A DNA stretch of 64,000 nt. Origin: Arenicellales bacterium (lineage in GTDB: Bacteria; Pseudomonadota; Gammaproteobacteria; Arenicellales; JAJDZL01). The stretch is from contig OZ242211.1 of assembly GCA_965206345.1 (NCBI GenBank), forward strand, positions 1,692,586-1,756,585, read 5' to 3'. Positions 28,806 through 38,765 of this stretch are shown here, piece by piece. Both the position numbers and the translations under genes were made by a program. Numbering within the stretch: the first letter of the stretch is position 1; each line of letters starts with the position of its first letter. The notes below the pieces were generated by a model. The model was not told where the DNA came from. It was given only the letters and a program-made list of their open reading frames with translations, and searched no databases.

Positions 28806-30317
28806 TTGGATTCGAAATATCTTCAACGCATCTTGCTGGCGCGAGTTTACGACGTCGCTCACGACACCCCGTTGGATTACGCGGCGAACCTTTCCCGCAG
28901 ATTGAAACATGATGTCTGGTTAAAACGCGAAGACCAGCAGCCTATCTTTTCATTCAAAATTCGAGGCGCGTACAACAAGATGTCTCGTATCTCTCCCAGC
29001 GTGCTGAAAAGAGGTGTTGTTGCTGCTTCAGCAGGAAATCATGCTCAAGGTGTGGCAATGGCTGGCAAGACGCTTGGTTGTCCGGTTACCATTTTTATGC
29101 CGATTACAAGTCCTGAGATTAAAGTCAAATCAGTCAAAAGCTTCGGTGCGAAGGTCAAATTAGTGGGTGATAGCTACGCTGAAGCATTCGCCGCTGCAGA
29201 TGCATTCCGCAAGAAAAAAAATCTCCGTCTTATCTCACCTTATGATGATGCGGATATCATCGCCGGAAATGGCACTATCGGACTCGAGATTATGCGCTCA
29301 GCAAAAGGCAAGCTTGATGCAATTTTTGTGCCCGTTGGCGGTGGCGGATTGATAGCAGGAATTGCCACTTACGTTAAGAGTGTCAGTAACAATGTGAAGG
29401 TCATCGGTGTCGAGCCGATGGACTCTGATGCCATGTCTCGGTCGCTGAATGCAGGTAAGCGAATCGCGCTGAAAGAAGTTGGAATATTCGCTGACGGTGT
29501 CGCAGTAAAGTTGGTCGGAAAGGAATGTTTTCGCCTTGTACAGAAATACGTTGATGACATTGTCCAGGTCGATACTGATGAAACTTGCGCCGCGATAAAA
29601 GACATTTTTGAGGACACGCGTACGATTGTTGAACCTTCTGGTGCGCTTGCTGTCGCCGGCCTTAAGAAGTACTGCAGCCGTTTAAACCGTAACGGGAAGG
29701 GACTTGTTGCCGTTAACACTGGCGCCAATATGAATTTCGATCGTTTGCGACACGTTTCCGAACGTGCTGAAATTGGTGAGCGTCGCGAAGCAATCATTGC
29801 GGTCACGATCCCAGAACGACCTGGCAGTTTCGCGCAGTTTTGCGCAACAATTGGCGATCGCGGCATTACTGAATTTAACTATCGTTTCGCCGATGAAACT
29901 GAAGCACACGTTTACTGTGGCGTGCAGATCAGCAGCCGCGAGGAAGGTTCTCGCCTGATTGCACTGCTGAAAAGAAATGACTACCCAGTGCTTGATTTAA
30001 CCGACAACGAAATGGCTAAGATCCATGTTCGACATATGGTTGGTGGCCGGGCACCGAATGCAACCAATGAGTTGGTTTACCGGTTTGAATTTCCAGAACG
30101 CCCTGGAGCGTTGCTTGAATTTCTGGAAAGAATAGGGCATTCTTGGAATATCAGCATGTTTCATTATCGAAACCATGGGACAGATTTCGGACGCGTATTA
30201 TGTGGCATTCAGGTTCCACCTGAAGAGATGCCACAATTTCAACAATTCTTGAAAGAACTTGGCTTTACGCATGTGAATGAGACAGAAAACCCTGTTTACA
30301 AAATGTTTCTTACCTAG
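28806..30317 (+). CDS. ilvA: Biosynthetic threonine ammonia-lyase
   Basis: LKREDQQPIFSFKIRGAYNK, ASAGNHAQGV and two ACT-like regulatory domains (PERPG). Confidence 0.97.
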   Translation: MDSKYLQRILLARVYDVAHDTPLDYAANLSRRLKHDVWLKREDQQPIFSFKIRGAYNKMSRISPSVLKRGVVAASAGNHAQGVAMAGKTLGCPVTIFMPITSPEIKVKSVKSFGAKVKLVGDSYAEAFAAADAFRKKKNLRLISPYDDADIIAGNGTIGLEIMRSAKGKLDAIFVPVGGGGLIAGIATYVKSVSNNVKVIGVEPMDSDAMSRSLNAGKRIALKEVGIFADGVAVKLVGKECFRLVQKYVDDIVQVDTDETCAAIKDIFEDTRTIVEPSGALAVAGLKKYCSRLNRNGKGLVAVNTGANMNFDRLRHVSERAEIGERREAIIAVTIPERPGSFAQFCATIGDRGITEFNYRFADETEAHVYCGVQISSREEGSRLIALLKRNDYPVLDLTDNEMAKIHVRHMVGGRAPNATNELVYRFEFPERPGALLEFLERIGHSWNISMFHYRNHGTDFGRVLCGIQVPPEEMPQFQQFLKELGFTHVNETENPVYKMFLT

Positions 30318-30341
30318 GGTTAGTTTAAGGAGGAGGTAAGC

Positions 30342-30563
30342 ATGAAAGATTCCGAAGATGTGGAATTCATTGGGCTTTATTTCATTCCCGGTGAAGGAAC
30401 TGTTGCAGCGCTTAAGGTGCTGCAGGAGACTCAACTATTTGACAAACAAGGCTTGGAATATCGAATCGTTGAGAAGAAAAAAACAAGTACCGACACCAGT
30501 GTTGAAGAGTTGGCGCTTGCCCAGGTCAAACAGAATGACAATCAAGCTAACGGATTTATCTAA
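30342..30563 (+). CDS. Small hypothetical protein
   Basis: 73-aa ORF with a strong RBS (AAGGAGG) filling the gap between ilvA and the PPTase. Confidence 0.6.
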   Translation: MKDSEDVEFIGLYFIPGEGTVAALKVLQETQLFDKQGLEYRIVEKKKTSTDTSVEELALAQVKQNDNQANGFI

Positions 30564-30584
30564 CTAGCCTTCGGCACTTGAACA

Positions 30585-31325
30585 ATGGTTTGTGTCCTGC
30601 CTTGGTCAACAGCTAGCAAACCACCAGTCCTAAATCCAGGAGAGGTCCATTTATGGTCGGCCTCTTTACTTGTGTCTGACGAACAATTTCTTATGTTCGA
30701 AAGATATTTGGATGAGCGTGAACTGACTCGCGCTAATCGTTATGCAATGGAAATTGCGCGTGCCCGCTTTATCTGCGCACGGGCAATTCTTAAGCATCTG
30801 CTCGCCTTGTACACTGGCGATGAACCCACCTCAATTCGGTTTCGACTGGGACCTTTGGGCAAACCCTATCTGCCAACCAATTCCAGACCCCAACTCTACT
30901 TCAATTCAACTGATACACAAGACGAAGCTCTATTCGCGTTTTGCCTTGATGCCGAGTTGGGTATTGATATTGAGTACAAAACGCGAAAGGTGAATCACTC
31001 AATCATTGTGAATCGAAAATTCACCCCACAGGAAATTCAACAGTATCACGCCCGCACGTCAGAACAGCGAAGAGGCTATTTCCTGTCCGTGTGGACGCGC
31101 AAGGAAGCTTACGGCAAGGCTATCGGCGTGGGTATAAAGTACCGATTAAACCAAGTCAATCTGGTTGATGCCGAAGATTCTGTTCGACACTCAGTTAGGG
31201 ATGATTCAGAAACAGATTGGGAGATTGTCCAGATCGAACCAGCAGACGATATGATCGCTTGTGTTGTTACACAAGGTAGCGGTTGGCGCTTCCGCTGCCA
31301 CCGATTGGAGCTAGACACAGGGTAG
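30585..31325 (+). CDS. Sfp-type 4'-phosphopantetheinyl transferase
   Basis: GKPYL, LGIDIE and WTRKEAYGKAIG motifs. Confidence 0.92.
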   Translation: MVCVLPWSTASKPPVLNPGEVHLWSASLLVSDEQFLMFERYLDERELTRANRYAMEIARARFICARAILKHLLALYTGDEPTSIRFRLGPLGKPYLPTNSRPQLYFNSTDTQDEALFAFCLDAELGIDIEYKTRKVNHSIIVNRKFTPQEIQQYHARTSEQRRGYFLSVWTRKEAYGKAIGVGIKYRLNQVNLVDAEDSVRHSVRDDSETDWEIVQIEPADDMIACVVTQGSGWRFRCHRLELDTG

Positions 31326-31361
31326 TCAACTCACGATTCCAGTCGACAAGTAGTCGGTTGC

Positions 31362-31826
31362 CTAACTGCCGGCCATCTCATGAATAAAGTCCCACTCCAT
31401 CTTTGATACAGGTGTAACTGACAGTCGATTGCCGCGCTGTAGTACGCGCATCTCAGAAAGAACAGGTTCGGCTCTGAGTTCACTGAGTGAAACAATCCTG
31501 GGAAACTTCCGGACTAGTTTGACATCAACCATAAGCCAGCGGGGATTATCCGGATCGCTTTTGGGGTCATAGTATTTTTCCGTGGGATCGAATGCTGTCG
31601 GGTCGGGATAGGCTTCCCTGACGACCTGAATGGTTCCGACTATTCCCGGTACTTTACATCGCGAATGGTAGAAAAATGCCAGATCGCCGACAGAGAACTC
31701 GTCGCGAAAGAAATTTCGGACTTGATAATTGCGAATACCGTCCCAGTAGTCAGTTTGGTCGGGCTCTGACGCCAAGTGGTCAATCGAGTAAACATCCGGT
31801 TCACTTTTCATTAGCCAGTATTTCAT
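31362..31826 (-). CDS. EVE-domain protein
   Basis: MKYWLMKSEP, WDGIRNYQVRN, FFYHS and RLSVTPV. Confidence 0.93.
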   Translation of the reverse strand: MKYWLMKSEPDVYSIDHLASEPDQTDYWDGIRNYQVRNFFRDEFSVGDLAFFYHSRCKVPGIVGTIQVVREAYPDPTAFDPTEKYYDPKSDPDNPRWLMVDVKLVRKFPRIVSLSELRAEPVLSEMRVLQRGNRLSVTPVSKMEWDFIHEMAGS

Positions 31827-31830
31827 TTCT

Positions 31831-32430
31831 TCAATTCTCAAACTTGTAAATTTGTTGGTCTGTAATTGCTCCACGAAGTGGAACATCCCAAGCGTTGCGG
31901 CCGATTGACTCTACATGCTGAAACTCGTGCGCAAGACCCAGAACGTAGGGTCGTTGCCAATGCCGGTTTAAGCGCAAATGTTTCAGCGAGCTGTCGTAGA
32001 ATCCGCCACCCATGCCGATACGGTTTCCCTCATCATCGAAAGCAACCAGTGGTGCAAGTATCAGGTCGAGTTCATTCGAGAAAACCCAACCATATTTTGC
32101 GATATTGGGTTCTGGAATGCCAAAGCGATTCAATTTCATGTTTGTTAGCGTCAAGGTACGCCCAAACAAAAGACGGTTTTCTCCACCGCGGTAGAGGACC
32201 GGAAGGTAGCACTCTTTGTTCTGGTCAAGTGCTTTATGAAGTGCAAGAGTCGGATCGATTTCCCCATCATTCGGAAGGTAGAAGGCGATCCTTCGACTTC
32301 GTTGGTAAAGCGGGTGTTTGAGTACCTGATTTAACAAACCGTATGCCGCATTGCGTTGCTGGGCGGATGTCAAGGCTCGGCGGGCCACCCGCATGTTTTT
32401 GCGGACTGTGGACTGAAAAGATGCCATCAC
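31831..32430 (-). CDS. ygfA: 5-formyltetrahydrofolate cyclo-ligase
   Basis: NRFGIPEP, PLVAFD..GNRIGMGGGFYD and WDVPL; downstream of 6S RNA. Confidence 0.95.
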   Translation of the reverse strand: MMASFQSTVRKNMRVARRALTSAQQRNAAYGLLNQVLKHPLYQRSRRIAFYLPNDGEIDPTLALHKALDQNKECYLPVLYRGGENRLLFGRTLTLTNMKLNRFGIPEPNIAKYGWVFSNELDLILAPLVAFDDEGNRIGMGGGFYDSSLKHLRLNRHWQRPYVLGLAHEFQHVESIGRNAWDVPLRGAITDQQIYKFEN

Positions 32431-32443
32431 AAGTGGGTTGAAA

Positions 32444-32640
32444 GCTTAGATGCCGCCCGCACGTGCCGTATCAGCCCCCATAGCCTTGAACCGCCATGGT
32501 CAAGTGGGCAACTGGTGAGACAGCTTCAGGTGCTTTGCGACTTGGCAAGCTCACAACAGCTGGCTCAGTTTGTTCCCTGGTAATTTCTTTAGGTTCGAAG
32601 GGAATTAGACTGATTCGAACACTACAGGCGGCGCCCAAGC
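32444..32640 (-). ncRNA. ssrS: 6S RNA
   Basis: Canonical zapA-ssrS-ygfA position. Ends pair (GCTTGGGCGCCGCCTGTA / TGCGGGCGGCATCTAAGC). Contains TGTTCG and CTTGACCA..GGTTCAAGG segments like proteobacterial 6S. Ends approximate. Confidence 0.88.
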
Positions 32641-32656
32641 GATTGAAATTATAGAA

Positions 32657-32980
32657 TCAGTCAGGTAGTACGGAATTAATTTTGTCAACGAGCTGTGCAA
32701 GGTGTTGATTGGAGTTTCCGTCTGAACTGTTTGAATTTCGTCGATGCAGTTCTGCAGCAAAGTTCAAAGCTGAGACAATAGCTGCTGTCTCAAGAGAAAC
32801 ATTCGATTTGGTTGAACCGCCCCGTATACTGGTAATTTCTGAATTAACCATTTTAGCTGCGGCACGTAGAGATTCTTCTTCATCAGGTTCGCACACCAAT
32901 GGAATGTCTTGTCCACCAATTTGGACGCTAATGTTCTGTAAGGTACTCAAATTATCTTCTTCATAGTTCAGTTTCGACAA
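32657..32980 (-). CDS. zapA: Cell division protein ZapA
   Basis: ISVQIGGQ..LVC...EESLRAAAKMVN...AAIVSALNFAAEL; upstream of 6S RNA. Confidence 0.85.
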   Translation of the reverse strand: MSKLNYEEDNLSTLQNISVQIGGQDIPLVCEPDEEESLRAAAKMVNSEITSIRGGSTKSNVSLETAAIVSALNFAAELHRRNSNSSDGNSNQHLAQLVDKINSVLPD

Positions 32981-33563
32981 GATCGATAATCAACCGTATT
33001 TCAAAATTATAGACACAAATTATGAGGCTACCGAAAAGCTTGAAGCCAGTGCGAGTCAGAAGTGAGGAAGCTTGGCAGCGAGCTGAAGTCTTTGTGTAGC
33101 CATGTCCTGAATCCAAGAGACCCCAAGACGGATAGGTCCAGGGCTCGACTCGGCAGACAGGATGTTTACATTGACCAGCTGCCAATGTTTGATTTCGTTG
33201 ATCGATGGTTGCTCAGATCTGGGTTTATGACTCATCATAATTTCCCTCTGCGTGATTGCCTTTTTGCTATTTTGAACGAGAAAAAGGCAAGTCCCCACTC
33301 ACCCTAGGCGAGAAATTTAAATCGGTGGTCACAACTTCAAACCAAAACGAACCAAAATTATTTTCCAATTATTGACTTGATTCATTGTCTAGATGGACTT
33401 CAGTAATCGAGCGGTTCTGCTTGAAGTTAAAATATGAGTGGTTCTGAATTCGCTGCGTTTACTGCATTAATTGAATGAATGAGGTAATCGTGGACTGTCG
33501 TATTCGTGACTCAACCAGCACCATATCGACCTACCACTATTTTGATCTTGCGAAAATTCCGGA

Positions 33564-34391
33564 TTGGGTTTCTTTGTGTTTCACAGCTTAAGGCTTTTGC
33601 TATACACGGTAGCTATCACGTTAACCTTAGTGATGGTTTCAGTTGGTAATGCGGCTGATGGCATACTTCGATTAGCCACCACAACTAGTACAGAAAATTC
33701 AGGGTTGTTGGCGAAATTGGTTCCACAGTTTTCAGACAGTCTCGGCATTCCCGTTCATGTCATTGCAGTCGGTACCGGCCGAGCTTTATATCATGCCAGG
33801 AATGGTGACGTGGATGTGGTCTTGGTGCATGCTAAAGACGCCGAATTGGACCTCGTGAATAGTGGTTATGGTATTGAACGCTATGAAGTCATGTATAACG
33901 AATTTGTGATCGCCGGGCCCGAGACAGATCCGGCCGAAATTGGTGGTTTGACAAGTCTTGGCACTGCGTTCGAAAAAATCGCAAATTCAGGCGCACTGTT
34001 TGTATCGCGTGGAGATGACTCTGGGACCCACAAGAAAGAACACCAGATTTGGGACGAAGTTGGCATTGAGCCGAAGGGCGATTGGTATAAAGAGGTTGGA
34101 CTCGGTATGGGTCGGTCGCTTCAGATAGCGAACGAGTTGAGAGCCTACATTCTGACTGACAAGGGGACTTGGCTGGCACTGAAACGAAAACTGTCTTTGT
34201 CAGTTCACGTACAAGGTGCGAGTGATGGCCGCAATGATTATGGGATTATCGCGGTCAATCCCGAAAAACACAGTCATGTCAATGTCAAAGCCGCTGAGCA
34301 ATTCATCGACTGGATTCGAAGCGATGAGGCAAAGGCGATAATTTCCGGGCACCAGGTTGAAGGTGAGCAGTTGTTCTATGTCATCGAGTAA
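33564..34391 (+). CDS. tupA: Tungstate ABC transporter substrate-binding protein
   Basis: ATTTSTENSGLL signature, VGTGRAL, DVVLVH and SRGDDSGTH. Confidence 0.93.
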   Translation: MGFFVFHSLRLLLYTVAITLTLVMVSVGNAADGILRLATTTSTENSGLLAKLVPQFSDSLGIPVHVIAVGTGRALYHARNGDVDVVLVHAKDAELDLVNSGYGIERYEVMYNEFVIAGPETDPAEIGGLTSLGTAFEKIANSGALFVSRGDDSGTHKKEHQIWDEVGIEPKGDWYKEVGLGMGRSLQIANELRAYILTDKGTWLALKRKLSLSVHVQGASDGRNDYGIIAVNPEKHSHVNVKAAEQFIDWIRSDEAKAIISGHQVEGEQLFYVIE

Positions 34392-34483
34392 TTCATCTGT
34401 AATTGGCAATTCCGTTGACTGTAAATATTTCGACAATTATTCTTGGCTGTGCTTTCTAATCCTAAACCAGTTGCATATTTGAA

Positions 34484-35185
34484 ATGGACGGCCTGATTGG
34501 TGCGAGCGCAGAGGCACTACGTCTTCTTTTAACCGGTGATCGGGAGATTTGGGAGATTGTTGCCATCTCATTTTCAGTCTCTTTACGCGCGATTCTCTAT
34601 ATCGTCCCATTAGCAATTCTGTCCGCTTTTGCGCTGGCGTATGGAAGCTTTCCAGGTCGGCGGGCACTGATCACCATCGTTAATGCTTTGGTGGCGCTAC
34701 CAGCGGTGGTAGTCGGACTACTTCTTTATATGCTTCTATCCAGTTCGGGCCCGTTCGGCGGGTGGCGACTTTTGTTTACTCAGGGAGCTATGATCATTGG
34801 GCAGATGATTTTGGCCTTTCCGTTGCTGGTTGCCATGATTCACATATCGCTGCAAGGTGTTGATCTGAGCGCATGGCAGACAGCCCGTACGCTGGGAGCC
34901 GGCATATTCCGGGCAATGCTCACAATTATGCGTGAGGTTCGGTTTGGTTTGATCGCAGCCATTGTTGCAGGATTTGGTAGGGTTGTCTCTGAAGTCGGCT
35001 GCTCAATTATGGTTGGCGGAAACATACTGCATCACACGCGCAATATTCCCACCGCAATTGCACTTGAAACTTCAAAGGGTGAGTTTGAACAGGGTATCGC
35101 GCTGGGAGCTGTGTTAATCACGTTGGCATTGGCGCTTAATTTCGCAGTTGCAACAGTGCGAGGCAGAGACATGGCGAGACATTGA
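34484..35185 (+). CDS. tupB: Tungstate ABC transporter permease
   Basis: LPAVVVGLLLY, FGRVVSEVGCSIMVGGNI and TAIALETSKG. Confidence 0.93.
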   Translation: MDGLIGASAEALRLLLTGDREIWEIVAISFSVSLRAILYIVPLAILSAFALAYGSFPGRRALITIVNALVALPAVVVGLLLYMLLSSSGPFGGWRLLFTQGAMIIGQMILAFPLLVAMIHISLQGVDLSAWQTARTLGAGIFRAMLTIMREVRFGLIAAIVAGFGRVVSEVGCSIMVGGNILHHTRNIPTAIALETSKGEFEQGIALGAVLITLALALNFAVATVRGRDMARH

Positions 35186-35195
35186 TTATGAGTCG

Positions 35196-35858
35196 ATGAC
35201 GATGAATAATCTACAGGAACTCATTACCGTTCAAAATGTTCAGAAGTTCATTTCCAGTCGGATGGTGCTGGATATTGATGAACTGGTTGTCTACCAGAGT
35301 GAATGTGTTGTGGTCCATGGACCAAATGGTTCAGGCAAATCAACACTGCTGAAAATCTTGGCAGGATTAATGACACCTGACAGAGGTGTTGTGACCAATA
35401 ATGGCGTAGCTCGACCTTGGCGTCAGGCAATTCGAGAATTTCGCGCGAGTGCTGTTTACCTACACCAGACACCGTATCTGTTCGACCGGTCGGTAGAGGA
35501 CAATATCGCCTATGGATTAAGGTTTCGAAATCACTCGCGGGCAGACCTATTTAGTGAAGTTCAGAGTGCGATGGAGTGGGCGGGGCTTAGTCATCTCGCA
35601 AAACGGAATGCCCGAGAGCTCTCAGGTGGTGAAAAACAGCGCGTGGCATTGACGCGGGCCAGAATATTGGAGCCAAATCTGTTGCTTTTGGATGAACCAA
35701 CTGCTGCCATGGACAGAAATTCACGCAAACAGACGTTCAGTCTGATTCGCGATCTTGCGAGTGGAGGTAATGCGGTATACATTGCAACACATGAAGCGGC
35801 GGACCTATATCAGCCGGATCGGGTCATACAGCTTGATTACGGTAGATTAGTCACCTAA
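35196..35858 (+). CDS. tupC: Tungstate ABC transporter ATPase
   Basis: GPNGSGKST, LSGGEKQR and LLLDEPT; follows tupAB. Confidence 0.9.
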   Translation: MTMNNLQELITVQNVQKFISSRMVLDIDELVVYQSECVVVHGPNGSGKSTLLKILAGLMTPDRGVVTNNGVARPWRQAIREFRASAVYLHQTPYLFDRSVEDNIAYGLRFRNHSRADLFSEVQSAMEWAGLSHLAKRNARELSGGEKQRVALTRARILEPNLLLLDEPTAAMDRNSRKQTFSLIRDLASGGNAVYIATHEAADLYQPDRVIQLDYGRLVT

Positions 35859-35878
35859 GGTAGTGTATTACTTGAAAA

Positions 35879-36484
35879 ATGATTGATTTGGCGCAGATTA
35901 GTGGCATTATTCTTGCGGGCGGTCAGGCTCGACGCATGGGTGGAATCGACAAAGGGTTGGTTGAATTCAACGGCAAGACGATGTATGAGCGAATCAGTAA
36001 TTTGCTTTCTCCTCAGGTTAAAGAGGTGTTGGTGAATGCCAACCGCAATCATGATCGCTACCAGGCGCATGGTGCCACTGTAGTTGCAGATTACCTGCAA
36101 GGCTATTTGGGACCGCTTGCTGGATTAGCTAGCGGAATGATGGCTGCAAGAACATCATGGGTCATTACAGTGCCTTGTGACGGCCCATTTCTCAATCAAG
36201 ACTATGTTATGCGCATGGCCAGCGAGGTGGTTGAAGATACGAAAATTGTGGTGGCTCGCGATTCAGTACGATTGCAGCCGACTTACATGCTGGTTGAGAC
36301 GGCGCTTGTTGACGATCTTAAGTCGTTTCTGGAATCTGGTGAGCGAAAGATTGACCGATGGTTTGTGAAGCATAGTTATCGGACTTGTGACTTTTCAGAT
36401 TCACCGGATTGTTTTCTCAATATCAATTCCGAACAGGAGCGTCAACAGGCTGAAGAACGGATGAAGTCAGATGGGCTTACGTAA
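35879..36484 (+). CDS. mobA: Molybdenum cofactor guanylyltransferase
   Basis: ILAGGQARRMGGIDKGL, GPLAG, VPCDGP and FLNINS. Confidence 0.95.
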   Translation: MIDLAQISGIILAGGQARRMGGIDKGLVEFNGKTMYERISNLLSPQVKEVLVNANRNHDRYQAHGATVVADYLQGYLGPLAGLASGMMAARTSWVITVPCDGPFLNQDYVMRMASEVVEDTKIVVARDSVRLQPTYMLVETALVDDLKSFLESGERKIDRWFVKHSYRTCDFSDSPDCFLNINSEQERQQAEERMKSDGLT

Positions 36485-37019
36485 CATTCCGATTGTTGGC
36501 TTTGCAGCATTCAGCGGCAGTGGTAAAACGACGCTGGTAAGTGGCGTCATTCCAGTTTTGCGCGACAGTGGTCTGCGTATCGGTGTGATTAAGCATGCAC
36601 ATCACAACTTCAAAATTGATACACCAGGCAAAGACAGTTATGAACTCAGAAATGCAGGCGCAGAGCAGGTCTTGATCGCTTCAAGAGAAAGAACGGCCTG
36701 GGTGAAAGAGTCCGTTGAGGAGCGGGAACCAACATTGGAAGAACTGCTAAAGATTTATGCGGGCCAGGAACTTGATTTAATCATTGTTGAGGGCTTCAAA
36801 CACGAACCATTTACAAAAATCGAAGTGCATCGTTCGACAATCAAACGGCCATTGCTGGCGAGCACAGACCCTCACATTATTGCTGTTGCGACTGACTCAC
36901 CTGACGCTCTAGATATCAATGTCAAAATTCTCGATCTGGATGATTTCACTCAGATCGCGCAATTTATTCTAGAGAGGATGTGGAAAAAGTCGCTTACTCT
37001 TGCATTTCGAGAAAACTGA
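36471..37019 (+). CDS. mobB: Molybdopterin-guanine dinucleotide biosynthesis protein B
   Basis: SGSGKTTL, IKHAHH..D.PGKDS and VEGFK. Confidence 0.95.
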   Translation: MGLRNIPIVGFAAFSGSGKTTLVSGVIPVLRDSGLRIGVIKHAHHNFKIDTPGKDSYELRNAGAEQVLIASRERTAWVKESVEEREPTLEELLKIYAGQELDLIIVEGFKHEPFTKIEVHRSTIKRPLLASTDPHIIAVATDSPDALDINVKILDLDDFTQIAQFILERMWKKSLTLAFREN

Positions 37020-37881
37020 TCAGTCGATCGGGATAGTCTGTAATGATGCCGTCAATTCCGGCAGCATACAGCCTCTGAAAATCGGCTTCAGTATTGACAG
37101 TCCAGCAATAGACTTTGAGTCCCAGTTCATGTGCCTCGTCAACCAATTCCGCTGTCAGAGTTTGAACATCGCAGCTCCACACATTGCCACCTGCAGCGGC
37201 AACCATTTTAGGAACTGACCCGCCAAAGTCAGACAATCGCATGCCTTGGGTTAATTTTCCGTTGAGAGATTCATCAAGGGTGTTGTATGAAGGCATCTGA
37301 GAGGTGAGATGCCATGCATCAAGGCGCGGCACCAGTCTTTGGATTACTTGTGCTATCTGCCAGTCAAACGATTGAATGATTGAAGTTGTTGCAATGTCGA
37401 GTCGTATGAATTCATTCGCCAGCACTTCGGAGAATTTTTCGAGTGGATGTGTTAGAAGGGGTTGCTTGGGCAGATATTTCGCTTCAATGCAGAAGATTAT
37501 GTCTTGACCACTGTCGTTCACCAATGAAACGACTTTTTCGAGGGTTGGTATGCGGCATTTAGTACACGATTCCTGATGCGGGAACTGATTCTGGTAGTCA
37601 GAACCTGGTTTGATCATCCCAATGTCGTATTGAAGCAACTCCTCATAGGTGAGATCGCAGATTCTGATTGAATCGTTTTCAATCCAGTTGCCGGTACAAT
37701 CCCGGGTAATTTCGGGATTTAGTGTAAAGTCATGATGAACAACCACCGCTTCGTCTTGAGTAATGCCAATATCAAGTTCAATCATGTCGACCTTGAGGTC
37801 GATGGCTTTGGCGAACCCGGGTAGACTCGATTCTGGCAACAGGCCCCGGGTGCCACGATGCCCAATCACATGAACTGCCAT
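36994..37881 (-). CDS. Glycerophosphodiester phosphodiesterase
   Basis: IGHRGTRGLLPES, IELDI, VVHHD, QSFDW, WTVN and DGIITDYP. Confidence 0.93.
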   Translation of the reverse strand: MAVHVIGHRGTRGLLPESSLPGFAKAIDLKVDMIELDIGITQDEAVVVHHDFTLNPEITRDCTGNWIENDSIRICDLTYEELLQYDIGMIKPGSDYQNQFPHQESCTKCRIPTLEKVVSLVNDSGQDIIFCIEAKYLPKQPLLTHPLEKFSEVLANEFIRLDIATTSIIQSFDWQIAQVIQRLVPRLDAWHLTSQMPSYNTLDESLNGKLTQGMRLSDFGGSVPKMVAAAGGNVWSCDVQTLTAELVDEAHELGLKVYCWTVNTEADFQRLYAAGIDGIITDYPDRLISFLEMQE

Positions 37882-38330
37882 ATCGGATTTAACTGGAATC
37901 AGGTGACATCAACCGACGAGAAAACGAGTAAAGTCAGCGTTCGATTTCCCATAACTTCTGTACATTTGTCTCTTAAGTGATTGATATTATATGACTACGC
38001 TAGTTATTGGAAGCACTACAAAAGGCATTTCCCGGTTCTTGTCAGAACCAGTGCGTTCAGAACAAAGGGCAGAAGCGGTTAAATCAGGTGAATGGTTTCT
38101 GTTCACTTTGTAAACCGCAACAGCACCTATTTTCGGCCAATACTCCCAAAATGCAACAGATGCCCCTGCTTTCCAGACTGCCCAATGTGGGTACAAGGTA
38201 CTGTTAGCTCGAGCCAGAATGTTTGATGACAGAACATTACCGGTGAGAATTACATTGGGCTTACTGGTAAGTTGCTACAGAAAGGAATCTAAAATACACA
38301 AATATTTTTATTCTGAATCAATCAGTACGC

Positions 38331-38534
38331 ATGAAAATCACAGTCGAAATTCCCGATCAAGTGCTTGAAGATTTAATGAAGTTTACACGGGCAGAAACCA
38401 ATCGTGAAGCTGTCAATTTGGCGATAGCTGACTTTAATCGCCGTATGCGTATGGCAAACCTGATACGCCATGCCGGCACCTGCGAAAACCTAATTACGCC
38501 GACTGAACTTCAGGCGCAACGCCGTCAATCATGA
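38331..38534 (+). CDS. vapB: VapB-like type II antitoxin
   Basis: MKITVEIPDQVLEDLM...TNREAVNLAI RHH-like pattern; ATGA overlap with a PIN-like start. Confidence 0.75.
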   Translation: MKITVEIPDQVLEDLMKFTRAETNREAVNLAIADFNRRMRMANLIRHAGTCENLITPTELQAQRRQS

Positions 38535-38659
38535 TACTGGTAGATTCGTCAAGTTGGATTCAATTGCTGGCAAACAGACAAGAGATCAGGATTGGATTCG
38601 CGCGATTAAAAACAGCTTGCTTGAAAAGAGGGACGGAGGTGAACCGAAAGCAAAGATAA
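38531..38659 (+). pseudogene. vapC: Truncated VapC/PIN toxin remnant
   Basis: MILVDSSSWIQLL is a PIN N-terminus; the sequence then diverges and stops at 42 aa (PIN toxins are about 130 aa). Confidence 0.7.
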
Positions 38660-38765
38660 TCTCGAAAGAATTGATTGCCCGTATTTTAGAGTAGAGCATT
38701 TGATCAGTCGGACGGTGTGCTTGGTTAAATCGTCATTGTTTTTCAGTCCAGTAGTTCCATAACAA

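Noticed and set aside
32961-33307. Overlapping short ORFs upstream of zapA (possible zapB)
   Set aside because: No coiled-coil pattern or other support; could not choose a real frame.
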